Shown piece by piece: positions 27,993-38,505 of a DNA stretch of 64,000 nucleotides. The notes under the pieces are model-generated. The model worked only from the letters and a program-made list of their open reading frames with translations. It was not told the DNA's origin and did no database searches. Origin of the DNA: a virus. Its lineage: Duplodnaviria; Heunggongvirae; Uroviricota; Caudoviricetes. The first letter of the stretch is position 1. Each line of letters starts with the position of its first letter. Location: IMG/VR virus record IMGVR_UViG_2671180747_000017. One strand, written 5' to 3'. A program made the translations under genes and the position numbers.

Positions 27993-28553
27993 CTATTGTG
28001 CGGTCGGCTTCAGGAGAGTCTGACCCGGTGTTTTGTGCTCTGCCAGATACTGATGCTGGAATATACACATGCGAATGGCATTACGATATTGACCATTAAT
28101 AAAGAACTCGTGCATCAATTCACCTTCAACCGTAAAGCCAAGCTTGCGGTAAATGTGAATCGCTTTTTCATTCTCTTTATCGACGATCAGATACAGCTTA
28201 TAGAGATTGAGAACGGTGAAGCCATAGTCCATTGCTAATTTGGCGGCACGGGTTGCCAGACCTTTCCCCTGATACTCCGGGGAGATAATTATCTGAAATT
28301 CTGCCCGGCGATGTACATGGTTAATTTCCACCAGCTCCACCAGACCGGCTTTTTCGCCGTCACATTCCACCACAAAGCGTCGTTCGCTCTGATCGTGAAT
28401 ATGCTTATCATACAGATCAGAGAGTTCAACAAAGGCTTCGTAGGGTTCCTCAAACCAGTAACGCATCACACTGGCGTTATTGTCGAGTTGATGTACATAG
28501 CGTAAATCTTCACGCTCCAGCGGGCGTAGCTTAACACTGTGGGCGCTTGGCAT
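27993..28553 (-). CDS. speG: Spermidine N1-acetyltransferase (GNAT)
   Basis: 186 aa; recognised SpeG sequence from its N-terminus and GNAT core motif [18 protein letters not shown]. Confidence 0.95.
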   Translation of the reverse strand: MPSAHSVKLRPLEREDLRYVHQLDNNASVMRYWFEEPYEAFVELSDLYDKHIHDQSERRFVVECDGEKAGLVELVEINHVHRRAEFQIIISPEYQGKGLATRAAKLAMDYGFTVLNLYKLYLIVDKENEKAIHIYRKLGFTVEGELMHEFFINGQYRNAIRMCIFQHQYLAEHKTPGQTLLKPTAQ

Positions 28554-28587
28554 AACGTGTCCTTACATTCCTTAAATCAATAACAGG

Positions 28588-28929
28588 TTAGGGGGTAATA
28601 ACGCGGCCAGTTCGACGGTCCAGGCAGCGCAAAGTATTTGGCTCCCAGTAGGCATTGATGTTGGCGCTTTGCTCACATTTATCGCGGTTATCAAAAGCGG
28701 CGTCGGCTTTATCCCACTCTTTTTCAGTGCGTTTATTCACTTTCTGACGCAGATTGCGCGTGTCATTCCATTGCTCTTTTTCCATAGCGGCGTGCTGGCG
28801 GCTTTGTGCACTGTCGCCAGACTCAATCACCAGTTTGTTAGTTTCGGCATGAACAGTTGTGCTCAGTGCCAGTGCGCAAGGCAGCAGAAAAGCGAGCAGG
28901 CCGATTCGTTTGCTGAGAGTGATTTTCAT
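28588..28929 (-). CDS. ynfB: UPF0482 secreted protein YnfB
   Basis: 113 aa with signal peptide; synteny speG-ynfB-ynfA. Confidence 0.8.
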
Positions 28930-29063
28930 AATTCATTCCCTGTATGAATGATTAAAGGAGATTCTACACCATCCACTGCGAACGCAAAACGTACCAGGAG
29001 GGTGTTTATATTGATGATATTATGTCGCCCTATAACTATACATGATGTCAATAAGTGACAAAG

Positions 29064-29390
29064 ATGATTAAAGCAACGTTACTATTTTTTGCTACTGCGC
29101 TGTGTGAAATTATTGGATGCTTTCTGCCCTGGTTGTGGTTAAAACGAAACGCCAGTATCTGGCTGTTGCTTCCGGCGGGGATTTCACTGGCGCTGTTTGT
29201 CTGGTTGTTAACGTTGCATCCAGCGGCGAGTGGGCGTGTTTACGCGGCTTATGGTGGCGTTTATGTCTGCACGGCGTTGATGTGGCTGCGCGTTGTGGAT
29301 GGCGTGAAACTGACTCTTTATGACTGGACGGGTGCGTTGATTGCGCTTTGCGGCATGTTGATCATTGTTGCGGGCTGGGGGCGCACGTAG
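29064..29390 (+). CDS. ynfA: UPF0060 inner-membrane protein YnfA
   Basis: Start refined to ATG 29064 (MIKATLLFF...); 108 aa, multi-TM. Confidence 0.85.
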   Translation: MIKATLLFFATALCEIIGCFLPWLWLKRNASIWLLLPAGISLALFVWLLTLHPAASGRVYAAYGGVYVCTALMWLRVVDGVKLTLYDWTGALIALCGMLIIVAGWGRT

Positions 29391-29427
29391 GAACATAAAT
29401 CCATTTTATCAATAAGATAAGAGGAAG

Positions 29428-29439
29428 TGTCAGCTGACA
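29428..29439. promoter_or_regulatory. 12-bp perfect palindrome TGTCAGCTGACA upstream of rspA, candidate regulator binding site
   Basis: Read directly, about 160 bp upstream of the rspA start. Confidence 0.3.
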
Positions 29440-29595
29440 AAAGGTATTCTATTTCATCTTTTGTCAACCATTCACAGCGCTAATATACGCCTTTTTTTGT
29501 GATCACTCCGGCTTTTTTCGATCTTTATACTTGTATGGTAGTAGCTCAGTTGCGTAGATTTCATGCATCACGACAAGCGATGCAAGGAATCGAAC

Positions 29596-30810
29596 ATGAA
29601 GATCGTAAAGGCTGAAGTTTTTGTTACCTGTCCGGGGCGTAATTTCGTCACATTAAAAATCACCACTGAGGACGGTATTACGGGCCTTGGGGATGCCACC
29701 CTCAATGGACGTGAGCTTTCCGTGGCCTCTTATTTGCAGGATCACCTTTGTCCGCAGCTTATTGGTCGCGATGCGCACCGTATCGAAGATATCTGGCAGT
29801 TTTTCTATAAAGGTGCTTACTGGCGTCGCGGTCCGGTTACGATGTCGGCCATTTCAGCGGTTGATATGGCGCTGTGGGATATTAAAGCCAAAGCTGCCAA
29901 CATGCCGCTTTACCAGTTACTCGGCGGCGCGTCTCGTGAAGGGGTGATGGTTTATTGCCATACCACCGGTCACAGTATTGATGAAGCTCTGGATGATTAT
30001 GCCCGTCATCAGGAGCTGGGATTCAAAGCCATCCGCGTGCAGTGCGGAATCCCTGGTATGAAAACCACCTACGGCATGTCGAAAGGTAAAGGTCTGGCTT
30101 ATGAACCCGCAACCAAAGGACAGTGGCCGGAAGAGCAGTTGTGGTCGACGGAGAAATACCTCGATTTCATGCCGAAATTGTTTGACGCGGTACGTAACAA
30201 GTTTGGTTTTAATGAACATTTGCTGCATGACATGCACCATCGCTTAACGCCTATTGAAGCGGCGCGCTTTGGTAAAAGCATTGAAGATTATCGCATGTTC
30301 TGGATGGAAGACCCGACGCTTGCAGAAAACCAGGAATGCTTCCGTCTCATTCGCCAACATACCGTCACACCCATCGCAGTGGGTGAAGTCTTCAACAGCA
30401 TCTGGGACTGCAAACAACTGATTGAAGAGCAACTCATCGATTATATCCGCACCACGCTGACCCATGCAGGCGGAATTACCGGTATGCGCCGGATTGCCGA
30501 TTTTGCTTCGCTGTATCAGGTACGTACTGGCTCACACGGTCCTTCCGATTTGTCACCAGTCTGCATGGCTGCAGCGCTGCACTTTGATCTGTGGGTCCCC
30601 AATTTCGGTGTCCAGGAATACATGGGTTATTCCGAACAAATGCTCGAAGTCTTCCCGCACAACTGGACTTTCGATAACGGCTATATGCATCCGGGAGACA
30701 AACCGGGTCTTGGCATCGAATTCGATGAAAAGCTGGCGGCGAAATATCCCTATGAACCTGCTTATCTACCAGTCGCACGTCTGGAAGATGGCACGCTGTG
30801 GAACTGGTAA
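29596..30810 (+). CDS. rspA: Starvation-sensing protein RspA (mannonate-dehydratase-like, enolase superfamily)
   Basis: Start refined to [10 protein letters not shown] with AAGGAA RBS; 404 aa. Confidence 0.9.
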   Translation: MKIVKAEVFVTCPGRNFVTLKITTEDGITGLGDATLNGRELSVASYLQDHLCPQLIGRDAHRIEDIWQFFYKGAYWRRGPVTMSAISAVDMALWDIKAKAANMPLYQLLGGASREGVMVYCHTTGHSIDEALDDYARHQELGFKAIRVQCGIPGMKTTYGMSKGKGLAYEPATKGQWPEEQLWSTEKYLDFMPKLFDAVRNKFGFNEHLLHDMHHRLTPIEAARFGKSIEDYRMFWMEDPTLAENQECFRLIRQHTVTPIAVGEVFNSIWDCKQLIEEQLIDYIRTTLTHAGGITGMRRIADFASLYQVRTGSHGPSDLSPVCMAAALHFDLWVPNFGVQEYMGYSEQMLEVFPHNWTFDNGYMHPGDKPGLGIEFDEKLAAKYPYEPAYLPVARLEDGTLWNW

Positions 30811-30821
30811 GGAGTAAGATA

Positions 30822-31841
30822 ATGAAAAGCATATTAATTGAAAAACCGAATCAACTGGCGATTGTCGAACGTGAAATACCCACCCCGTCAGCGGGTGAAG
30901 TACGAGTAAAAGTGAAACTTGCCGGAATTTGTGGTTCAGATAGCCATATTTATCGTGGGCATAATCCTTTTGCGAAATATCCGCGCGTCATTGGACATGA
31001 ATTCTTTGGCGTCATTGATGCGGTGGGTGACGGCGTGGAAAGCGCCAGAGTCGGTGAACGTGTTGCTGTCGATCCGGTGGTCAGCTGTGGGCATTGCTAT
31101 CCGTGCTCTATAGGTAAACCGAACGTTTGTACGACACTTGCTGTATTAGGTGTGCACGCTGACGGTGGTTTCAGTGAATATGCCGTGGTTCCGGCAAAAA
31201 ATGCGTGGAAAATTCCTGAAGCAGTGGCCGATCAATATGCGGTGATGATCGAACCTTTTACCATTGCGGCTAACGTAACCGGACATGGTCAACCGACTGA
31301 AAATGATACCGTTCTGGTTTATGGTGCCGGTCCAATCGGCCTGACGATCGTTCAGGTATTAAAAGGCGTCTATAACGTTAAAAATGTGATTGTTGCCGAT
31401 CGCATTGATGAACGACTGGAAAAAGCGAAAGAGAGCGGGGCAGACAGGGCGATTAATAACAGCCAGACACCGCTTGGCGAGATTTTCGCTGAAAAAGGCA
31501 TCAAGCCGACATTAATTATCGATGCGGCTTGTCATCCTTCTATCCTGAAAGAGGCCGTTACGCTGGCTTCTCCAGCGGCACGTATTGTATTGATGGGCTT
31601 CTCCAGTGAACCGTCTGAAGTGATTCAGCAAGGAATTACCGGAAAAGAACTCTCTATTTTCTCTTCACGCTTAAATGCAAATAAATTTCCGGTTGTTATC
31701 GACTGGTTAAGTAAAGGGTTAATTAAACCAGAAAAATTAATTACCCATACGTTTGATTTCCAGCATGTTGCTGATGCCATTAGTTTATTTGAACAGGATC
31801 AAAAACATTGCTGCAAAGTCTTACTCACTTTTTCTGAATAA
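30822..31841 (+). CDS. rspB: Zn-dependent alcohol-dehydrogenase-family protein RspB
   Basis: Start MKSILIEK with TAAGGAG RBS; GHEFFG and GAGPIGL motifs; 339 aa. Confidence 0.9.
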   Translation: MKSILIEKPNQLAIVEREIPTPSAGEVRVKVKLAGICGSDSHIYRGHNPFAKYPRVIGHEFFGVIDAVGDGVESARVGERVAVDPVVSCGHCYPCSIGKPNVCTTLAVLGVHADGGFSEYAVVPAKNAWKIPEAVADQYAVMIEPFTIAANVTGHGQPTENDTVLVYGAGPIGLTIVQVLKGVYNVKNVIVADRIDERLEKAKESGADRAINNSQTPLGEIFAEKGIKPTLIIDAACHPSILKEAVTLASPAARIVLMGFSSEPSEVIQQGITGKELSIFSSRLNANKFPVVIDWLSKGLIKPEKLITHTFDFQHVADAISLFEQDQKHCCKVLLTFSE

Positions 31842-31898
31842 TACCAATAACGGCGAGTAAGTAGTACGCATCTTACCTCTTTTTTAGAGATAACCATT

Positions 31899-32009
31899 AT
31901 GACAATAGAAAAACATGAAAGAAGCACTAAGGATTTGGTGAAAGCAGCAGTATCGGGATGGCTGGGCACTGCGCTTGAATTTATGGATTTCAAGAGTCAT
32001 GCGTGTTAA
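31899..32009 (+). pseudogene. Short 36-codon ORF, likely 5' remnant of a host gene disrupted by prophage B (ydfJ-like position)
   Basis: MTIEKHERSTKDLVKAAVSGWLGTALEFMDF then unrelated residues and stop; lies between rspB and the prophage integrase; assignment inferred from K-12 synteny memory. Confidence 0.35.
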
Positions 32010-32028
32010 CTATTTGATAAATATTAAA

Positions 32029-33309
32029 TTAATTTTTCATTGATTCGTTATGGGGCATGGTTGGGGCAAACTCGCTTAACTGTGTATTTAACAAAGCTAC
32101 CTGTGCATTATTGTTTTCAGACATCCATTTTCCGTATACCTGAAATACCATTTGCGCATCTGCATGGCCCATCTGGTTTGCTATAAATGCCGGGTTAGCA
32201 CCAGCTGTCAGCGACCAGCAGGCATAAGTATGTCTCGACTGATATGATTTTCGATGGCGGAGTCCGGCACGTTTTATCGCTGCGTCCCACATCTGCCTTA
32301 TTGAGTCAACGGTAAAATGGTCACCATAATTTTTTACTCTCGCTGACACTTCAGGTTGAAAAACAAAGGTGCATTTTTGTTTTTCTGTTCTGCCATACTC
32401 TCTGAGGTGAACATCAATGATATGCTCTTTGCTCAGTCTCGTTAATGTCATCTGACTCCGGAGAGCGTCGATTGCTGGCTTAATAAGATGAATGGCCCGA
32501 TTGGTTCCCGCCTGTGTTTTTGGTACCGTGAAACGGTCTTTTGCTAAATTTCTCCTGATCATCATTGTTCCATTTTTCAGATCTATGTCCTCCCATCCAA
32601 GTGCACACAGCTCACCAGGGCGAACGCCAGTATAAACAGAAACACACCATAAATTTTTTGCTTGCTGATTTCTGCACGCATCGATAAGACGGATAAATTC
32701 CTCCCGCGAAAGAGGATCCGGAATGGTTCTTGATTCCTTTAATGGCGAGATCCCCTTAAACGGATTATCTGCCAGGTAACCGTTATCAACACCAAACTGG
32801 AACACGGCGTTAAGATTTGTCATGTAATTATTTACAGTTACAGCCGATCTCCCTGGTTGTGTAACAATATAGTTACTTTTGGGGATCTGGTATCCAGTCA
32901 GTAGCTCTTTACGAACCTCCAGTAATTTTTCTTTATTAATCGATGAGGCAAGATTTTTTTCACCGATTATGCTCAGGATATTTTTGATGACGGCACGGTA
33001 TGTGTTGAGTGATGTTTTGGCGACTTCAGTTTCTTTCAGTGCCAGAAATTTTTCAGCCAGTTCTTTTATGGTTAAATCTTGTCGGGCCTCACCAAATTTT
33101 TCCAGATTGCGTGAGGAGGGAAACTGTTTTGCATAGTCGAAAACACCAGTTTTTATTGCGTAACAAACAGAGGAGCGTAGTTCACCTGCAACGCGCCTGT
33201 TTTTTGCTGTGTCAGGAACCCCCAGATTTTCCCTGACTCTTACGCCTTTATAAACAAACCAGATACGTAATTTCCCTCCATGGTTTTCCACGCCTGTCGG
33301 ATATTTCAT
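32029..33309 (-). CDS. int: Prophage integrase (lambda Int family tyrosine recombinase)
   Basis: N-terminal arm-binding-like MKYPTGVENHGGKLRIWFVYKG; C-terminal SRHTYACW and VYGKW catalytic motifs. Confidence 0.9.
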   Translation of the reverse strand: MKYPTGVENHGGKLRIWFVYKGVRVRENLGVPDTAKNRRVAGELRSSVCYAIKTGVFDYAKQFPSSRNLEKFGEARQDLTIKELAEKFLALKETEVAKTSLNTYRAVIKNILSIIGEKNLASSINKEKLLEVRKELLTGYQIPKSNYIVTQPGRSAVTVNNYMTNLNAVFQFGVDNGYLADNPFKGISPLKESRTIPDPLSREEFIRLIDACRNQQAKNLWCVSVYTGVRPGELCALGWEDIDLKNGTMMIRRNLAKDRFTVPKTQAGTNRAIHLIKPAIDALRSQMTLTRLSKEHIIDVHLREYGRTEKQKCTFVFQPEVSARVKNYGDHFTVDSIRQMWDAAIKRAGLRHRKSYQSRHTYACWSLTAGANPAFIANQMGHADAQMVFQVYGKWMSENNNAQVALLNTQLSEFAPTMPHNESMKN

Positions 33310-33343
33310 TTCAACTTCTCTCATTAGTTAGTGTGGCTTTTAG

Positions 33344-33595
33344 TCAAGTAAGATGACATCTTGGTCTCGCTGATGCTTGGCGCTCAATCCAGCGATCAAT
33401 TTCTTCCAGGTTGTAAAAGCATGGACTGTTATCCCATGGCATACCGTCATGAGCGACATGCTTATATTCCCTTCCTTCCATAAACGATTTTTCCCGAGCC
33501 TTTTTTAACGTACCTTTTTTTATTCCTTTCAGCGCAATTAACTGCTCTTCGGATACCCATTTGCCGGGAGAGACAATCATGATTACTTCGCTCAT
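33344..33595 (-). CDS. xis: Excisionase-like protein
   Basis: 83-aa ORF directly upstream of int in the canonical xis position. Confidence 0.65.
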   Translation of the reverse strand: MSEVIMIVSPGKWVSEEQLIALKGIKKGTLKKAREKSFMEGREYKHVAHDGMPWDNSPCFYNLEEIDRWIERQASARPRCHLT

Positions 33596-33667
33596 CGATT
33601 TCTTTATCTCTTACATCAGACGAGCGCCGGTTGCAGAATACCAGTCACAACCGGCGACAGTTGAACA

Positions 33668-36139
33668 TTAAGAATCAGCCTGACTCGGGATCAGTTTTTG
33701 CCAGATAACTGAAACGTATTTTGCCTGGTAACGGGCGTCATCAAGTGCATTATGGCGCTCACCTTCGAATGGAATAGCCGTTCTGGCATCGAAGTCTATG
33801 GCTTTCCCCAGCTCAACGATTGTGCGTACATCGCGATCGTTGTAGTAACGCCACGGGCAGGGGATCCCCTGCCGTTCATATGAACGGCGCAAAATCGTGT
33901 TGTCGAAGTTGGCTCCATTTCCCCAAACCTGAACAAAAAATTCACCGGAGTTTTCGTCGATAAATTCCCGCAATTGTAACAGTGCATCATCTAACGGGAT
34001 TTCATCGGTCATAATGGCAGATTGCGCTTCGCGTGATTGCTTAAGCCACCATTTAATGGTGTCCCGATCAATGACTCCGCCAGCAGTTTCCAGATCGATA
34101 GTCTTACTAAATTCCGGTCCCATATCTCCGGTTTGCGGATCGAAAAATATTGCACCTATTGAGATGATCGGGGCATCAGGATTTTTTCCCATGGTTTCAA
34201 GGTCGATCATTAGATGGTCACACGTCCTGCTGGTGGATGTGATTTCGTGATGACCGTTCACCTTAATTGGGTGATCTGCCGTCTCGCCAGTTTCATTATC
34301 GCTATTGTGATGCTGATTGCCGCCAGTGTTCTCCTTGTGTGGATGTTCAGCGCCTTCCATTTCCTCCGGATCATCTTCCTGAACTTCAACCTGATACTCT
34401 TCATCGAATGTTTCTTGGTATGTTGCGTCGCCCATCACCGCGCCACAATCAGGGCAGTTGCCGCCGCCGGTCTGACCGCAGGCGGTGCAGACCTTTTCCA
34501 CTTCCTGTTGCGCCACTGGTTCAGGCTGTTTCGTTTCTGGCTCGTTTTGTAACGCATTTGGACTGTTTTGTTCCGCTTTTTGGTAGTTCCGTTCCGATTC
34601 ATGCTGGTTCTGGTTCACAGAATCGCGGGTCTGGATCCCCTTAACCCATTTCGGATCATTCGGGTCACTAATCCCTTCAACAAATTCACCACGTGATGCA
34701 GCAAGCAACTTATCGGCGTCAGGCTGGCTGATATTGGCTGCCTGCATAATTTTGTTTACTTCGTCAGCGGTAACTTTTATCGGCTCTGGTTGTTCTGAAT
34801 CTTCAGCGGTATCTACATTTTGCGGTAAGCCCGTGTATGTGCCATTTTTTCGGGCAAAATATTCTTCTTTTGTGATTTCAGTGGCGCCAGCAGCCAGTGC
34901 CTTATCCAGACCAGAAAGTTTGTTTGCGCGACCGTATTTTTCTCCGTCCTTATCTGCGAAGAGGAAATAGAACGGCCCCTCACGCTCTACAGATGGTTCA
35001 GCTTCCGGCGCGGTTTCATTTTTTGGGATATCAGATACCTCAGTTTCCACTGCATCAGTTTGTGTTTCTGATGACTGGAGAACATCAACAGTGCCCAGGT
35101 CTGTTTCTTCATTCTCAAACACGCCCTTTGTCGTCAGGTATTCGCAGATATATTTGTTCAGTGCTACGGGATCTTTGTGAATGTCGATCGGACGCTCACG
35201 GACAAGGCCAAAAATAGTTTGGCGGTCGTAGCGAAGGGCATCAGGCTGTTTGCGCATTGATGCCGAGATACGCTTCCAGTCTTCGCGGTCGTTGTCGATA
35301 ACTTCTTTTTTTGCCCAGCGATGGATGCTGCCGTCAATGTTTCCGGCATCCACATCACCAGGCCAGAGAGCGTAGGCCAGTTCGTCATCCAGTGTTTTCC
35401 ATGTCTGCTTGTATTCGCGATGAATGGCAGCAATGACCGGGCTGATTTTTCCTGTTGAATTTTCAGTGTACTGTTGATTGGCTCTGGCGCGGGCGAGATC
35501 AACAACAGACGTGTATTTTCCGGTTTCCTTGCGTTCACCTTCGCGACGTTTTTTCCAGATGCGCATCTCTGCCTGAATTTCGGGCCATTTAGCACCAGGA
35601 ATACATTTATGCTTAACCCACCCAATGGCGTGCAACTTAAGCTCCGGATACATGGCGTTAACTTCTGGCATTTTCATCAACGCTTCAACGATATGTCCGT
35701 CGAATGTTGCCATGTCTTCCTGCAACAATTCCTGTGCGCTAATAACCATATCAACGGTGATGTTTTCACATGTGTCGAACTTAACCATGACAGCGTTCTG
35801 TACTTCAGGGGCCAGCTTGTCAAAAGTGACGTTCATCGGATCGGATTCAGTCTCAACCGGGACAAAAGAAGCAGACTCCTCATCCCAGCGGTTTTCCTGC
35901 ATATATTCAGCATCCCATGAATCGAGGGCAGGGCGGGGTATGCCAGGTTTATCCTCGCAGACAATAAATTTATAAGCGCAGTCCTGAGCAGCCGGATAAT
36001 GTTCCAGGAATTGCCAGTGAAATTTTGCTCGAGCACGGCGTTCGTCGCCAGCTTCAATGGCTGTGGCTACAGCCACAGCGCCTTCTTCCCTTGTTGCCAG
36101 TTCGTCAGGAATAGCGGCGCAAATAAAGACTTTACTCAT
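33668..36139 (-). CDS. Prophage exonuclease with C-terminal DEDDh (DnaQ-like) 3'-5' exonuclease domain and internal Cys4 zinc ribbon
   Basis: C-terminus DLETMGKNPDAPIISIGAI...NGANFDNTIL...HNALDDARYQ; CTACGQTGGGNCPDCG; occupies the exo/recE position. Confidence 0.75.
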   Translation of the reverse strand: MSKVFICAAIPDELATREEGAVAVATAIEAGDERRARAKFHWQFLEHYPAAQDCAYKFIVCEDKPGIPRPALDSWDAEYMQENRWDEESASFVPVETESDPMNVTFDKLAPEVQNAVMVKFDTCENITVDMVISAQELLQEDMATFDGHIVEALMKMPEVNAMYPELKLHAIGWVKHKCIPGAKWPEIQAEMRIWKKRREGERKETGKYTSVVDLARARANQQYTENSTGKISPVIAAIHREYKQTWKTLDDELAYALWPGDVDAGNIDGSIHRWAKKEVIDNDREDWKRISASMRKQPDALRYDRQTIFGLVRERPIDIHKDPVALNKYICEYLTTKGVFENEETDLGTVDVLQSSETQTDAVETEVSDIPKNETAPEAEPSVEREGPFYFLFADKDGEKYGRANKLSGLDKALAAGATEITKEEYFARKNGTYTGLPQNVDTAEDSEQPEPIKVTADEVNKIMQAANISQPDADKLLAASRGEFVEGISDPNDPKWVKGIQTRDSVNQNQHESERNYQKAEQNSPNALQNEPETKQPEPVAQQEVEKVCTACGQTGGGNCPDCGAVMGDATYQETFDEEYQVEVQEDDPEEMEGAEHPHKENTGGNQHHNSDNETGETADHPIKVNGHHEITSTSRTCDHLMIDLETMGKNPDAPIISIGAIFFDPQTGDMGPEFSKTIDLETAGGVIDRDTIKWWLKQSREAQSAIMTDEIPLDDALLQLREFIDENSGEFFVQVWGNGANFDNTILRRSYERQGIPCPWRYYNDRDVRTIVELGKAIDFDARTAIPFEGERHNALDDARYQAKYVSVIWQKLIPSQADS

Positions 36140-36232
36140 TTTGTTTTAACCTCATGACAGATTTAAGGATGAACAAATCCCTGCCATTGCTGGCATATAA
36201 GAATGAAACCGGATATTTATTACGGAACTGTT

Positions 36233-36424
36233 TTAAAGACCTGCCGGGATTTCGATATTATCCTGGTGAATAACTTTATCGACCGGGTAACAGTTACCGG
36301 GAATTTTCTGTTCGGTTGCTGCAGTCATACACTCCTGCATTGTCCTGTGAACACTGACTGCAATATCAACTGGCACTCCGGAAACAAGAAAAACTGTCAG
36401 AACAAGCGCAAATGCTGAATTCAT
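36233..36424 (-). CDS. Small secreted/membrane protein (63 aa)
   Basis: Internal start MNSAFALVLTVFLVSGVPVDIA signal-like segment; weak support. Confidence 0.35.
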   Translation of the reverse strand: MNSAFALVLTVFLVSGVPVDIAVSVHRTMQECMTAATEQKIPGNCYPVDKVIHQDNIEIPAGL

Positions 36425-36609
36425 TGTGCACATCCTTTTGGCATCAGACGTAAACGAGCCAGCATTGAAACAATGCATATTTTATTTAATAGCTCCCGTT
36501 CTTGTTTTCTCTTGTTAATGGCATCTTCAGTAAATACAGGGTTACTGATAGTGACACCAATTTCAAAACAACCTTCAGACGTATTAACGTTTGGTAATAA
36601 CGTTTTCAT
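36421..36609 (-). CDS. Small protein (62 aa) in the kil-like position
   Basis: Start refined to MKTLLPNV with GAGGA RBS. Confidence 0.4.
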   Translation of the reverse strand: MKTLLPNVNTSEGCFEIGVTISNPVFTEDAINKRKQERELLNKICIVSMLARLRLMPKGCAQ

Positions 36610-37113
36610 TATCGCGTCCTCAACAATGAATTTTGTGATGCAGTGCCTGGTGCCTCCAGGTGACGTTAACCAGTTAACAATTAACGTCGGATACAGAGAA
36701 TCCACCCATAACACTGTTTTTGGTTTTAACTGTTCCGCGTGCGCTTAGCCGCATTCACCGCATCACAAAATTCACTTTAAAAACGGCGGCAGAGCAGTCA
36801 CGGAGTAAAACTGATACCGCCAAACGTCACCAGAAAATTGATAACAGAGGGCGTTGCAGCGGGGTTGTCACTTAAGCGTATGGTCAACCTGACAACTCGG
36901 TGTCCTCAACGGGGAAGGAATAACCCCGCCATACTTACCGCCGCGCCATTTTGCGGGTTGCCACAACCGGAAGCGCACGGTCGAATTAAATTTAACGACA
37001 CCGTACAGCGAGACGAACTTCGCCGTGCGCTTTCGTGTTGTGTGCCTGCTTTTAACCACGTCAGGCGAGGTGGTATCCTTAAAATCACCACAGTTTTAAG
37101 GATTCATTAAGCA

Positions 37114-37434
37114 ATGTCGCAACCACCAATAAATCCGCTTAAGAACATGAAAATTGATTACTGGTATAAAGCGCTTACAGTTGTTGGCGCTGCGTTGTTT
37201 GTCTTTAATGGAACGTCTTTTTTTGACAGATATCCCGTTGTTCCATTGGGTTTTTTGTCCTCCGGCATCTTTTTTATTGGTTTGGGGGAGTGGATTAATC
37301 ACCCTCTCAAAGTGAGATTTATTGGTCCTGGAGTTTGGACTCGTGGATATAATAGTTCTTCGTGCGCACTCGGTATCATCTTCGACATACTTGGTTGTTT
37401 CCTGATTGTTACAGGAGTCGTCAAGTTCTTCTGA
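37114..37434 (+). CDS. Membrane protein (106 aa, 3 predicted TM segments)
   Basis: ORF track; hydrophobic segments; location comparable to sieB-type genes (inference only). Confidence 0.5.
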   Translation: MSQPPINPLKNMKIDYWYKALTVVGAALFVFNGTSFFDRYPVVPLGFLSSGIFFIGLGEWINHPLKVRFIGPGVWTRGYNSSSCALGIIFDILGCFLIVTGVVKFF

Positions 37435-37482
37435 TGTAAAACCGCAAATGGGGCACGTAACGGGAATTTTGAAAAGCGTTTC

Positions 37483-37671
37483 TCAGGGTTCCAGAACAAA
37501 ATTTTCTGCGGTCTGATTTTGCTTCTCATATTTGTGCTCCGCGTCATTGTGAGAGCACATTCTTATTCTGAGTGCCTGTTTAAACTCACTGAAGCTGAGA
37601 GCTTCTTCGCCTTCGGCAAGGCCTTCGAAGTATTCTTCGTAAGCCTTTTCCATGATTGTGTCGAAATCCAT
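37483..37671 (-). CDS. Small acidic protein (about 62 aa)
   Basis: Start refined to MDFDTIMEKAYEEYFEG overlapping the upstream stop. Confidence 0.4.
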   Translation of the reverse strand: MDFDTIMEKAYEEYFEGLAEGEEALSFSEFKQALRIRMCSHNDAEHKYEKQNQTAENFVLEP

Positions 37672-37672
37672 A

Positions 37673-37828
37673 TCACTCACCTGAGTTTCTTTCCAGCCAG
37701 CGACGGGCACCATTTTCGGTTTTAAACGTTTTGCTTTTGGTATACGTCATCGCGGTGAACGTACCGTCCTGGTTGGGGAATACGCCACATACCAGAGATT
37801 CGTTGTTGCCAAGATCGATAGTATCCAT
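37673..37828 (-). CDS. DUF1391-like small prophage protein (51 aa)
   Basis: Start refined to MDTIDLGNNESLV... with GAGG RBS; resembles Qin YdfA-type small proteins from memory. Confidence 0.55.
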   Translation of the reverse strand: MDTIDLGNNESLVCGVFPNQDGTFTAMTYTKSKTFKTENGARRWLERNSGE

Positions 37829-37943
37829 GCTGACCTCATTTCCCCTTAACGCCGGGGTAGCGGAACTGTTTGCTGAGAACACCGTGCGGTGTCTTGATGG
37901 AGGTAATTTAGTTTTCTCATTGTTTTTCGTCAAGGTTTTTTGA

Positions 37944-37955
37944 TGAGAAAACTCA
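37944..37955. promoter_or_regulatory. Operator-like interrupted palindrome TGAGAAAACTCA, copy 1
   Basis: Same 12-mer plus flanking (A/G)TATTGG recurs at 38480. Confidence 0.4.
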
Positions 37956-38020
37956 AGTATTGGCGCAAGATAAAGCCAATACATTGAAATGTAAGGCTTT
38001 AAAATTTTGTGAAGGGATGA

Positions 38021-38428
38021 TTATTGATGCTTGTTGCGTTTGCGAGCCTCTAATAGCTCGGTGAACAGGCGATTAAAATTCTCAACGCGGGCGCGGAGTT
38101 CGCTGAGTTGTGCTTGTTGCTCTGATTTAGGAAGTGCGCGATACAAACGCAGCATCTCTAACTCATCTTCCGATAAGTCTAAGGCACTATCGAGTGAAAC
38201 AGGGGGAGCTGGTGTTTTGTCCTCGTCGCCAAACAGTATCCAGGTTGGTGAACATTGCAATACCTCGGCGAGGCGATGCAAATTTTGCCCGCGCGGGGCT
38301 GTATGGTCACTTTCCCATAATGAAATTGATGAGCCAGATACGCCAGCAGCTTTGCTTAAACCGTTTTGACTTAAGCCTACCTGCTTACGTCTTTCTCTAA
38401 TGCGTTGACCTAAAGTTTTCTCGTTCAT
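38021..38428 (-). CDS. DicA/RacR-like HTH (XRE-family) prophage repressor
   Basis: N-terminal HTH and C-terminal ...LQCSPTWILFGDEDK... pattern as in DicA; divergent from a Cro-like gene. Confidence 0.8.
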   Translation of the reverse strand: MNEKTLGQRIRERRKQVGLSQNGLSKAAGVSGSSISLWESDHTAPRGQNLHRLAEVLQCSPTWILFGDEDKTPAPPVSLDSALDLSEDELEMLRLYRALPKSEQQAQLSELRARVENFNRLFTELLEARKRNKHQ

Positions 38429-38449
38429 ATTTAGATATCTTAATAACCC

Positions 38450-38479
38450 TTGACTTGAGATTCCTTGAGTGATTAGTAT
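38450..38479 (+). promoter_or_regulatory. Sigma70-like promoter for the Cro/YdaS-like gene (-35 TTGACT, 18-bp spacer, -10 TAGTAT)
   Basis: Read directly in the divergent intergenic region. Confidence 0.4.
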
Positions 38480-38491
38480 TGAGAAAACTCA
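38480..38491. promoter_or_regulatory. Operator-like interrupted palindrome TGAGAAAACTCA, copy 2
   Basis: Immediately downstream of the putative -10. Confidence 0.4.
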
Positions 38492-38505
38492 ATATTGGAG
38501 GTGCG

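Noticed and set aside
34014-35975. Plus-strand ORFs antisense to the 823-aa exonuclease gene
   Set aside because: Nested antisense ORFs with low-complexity translations.
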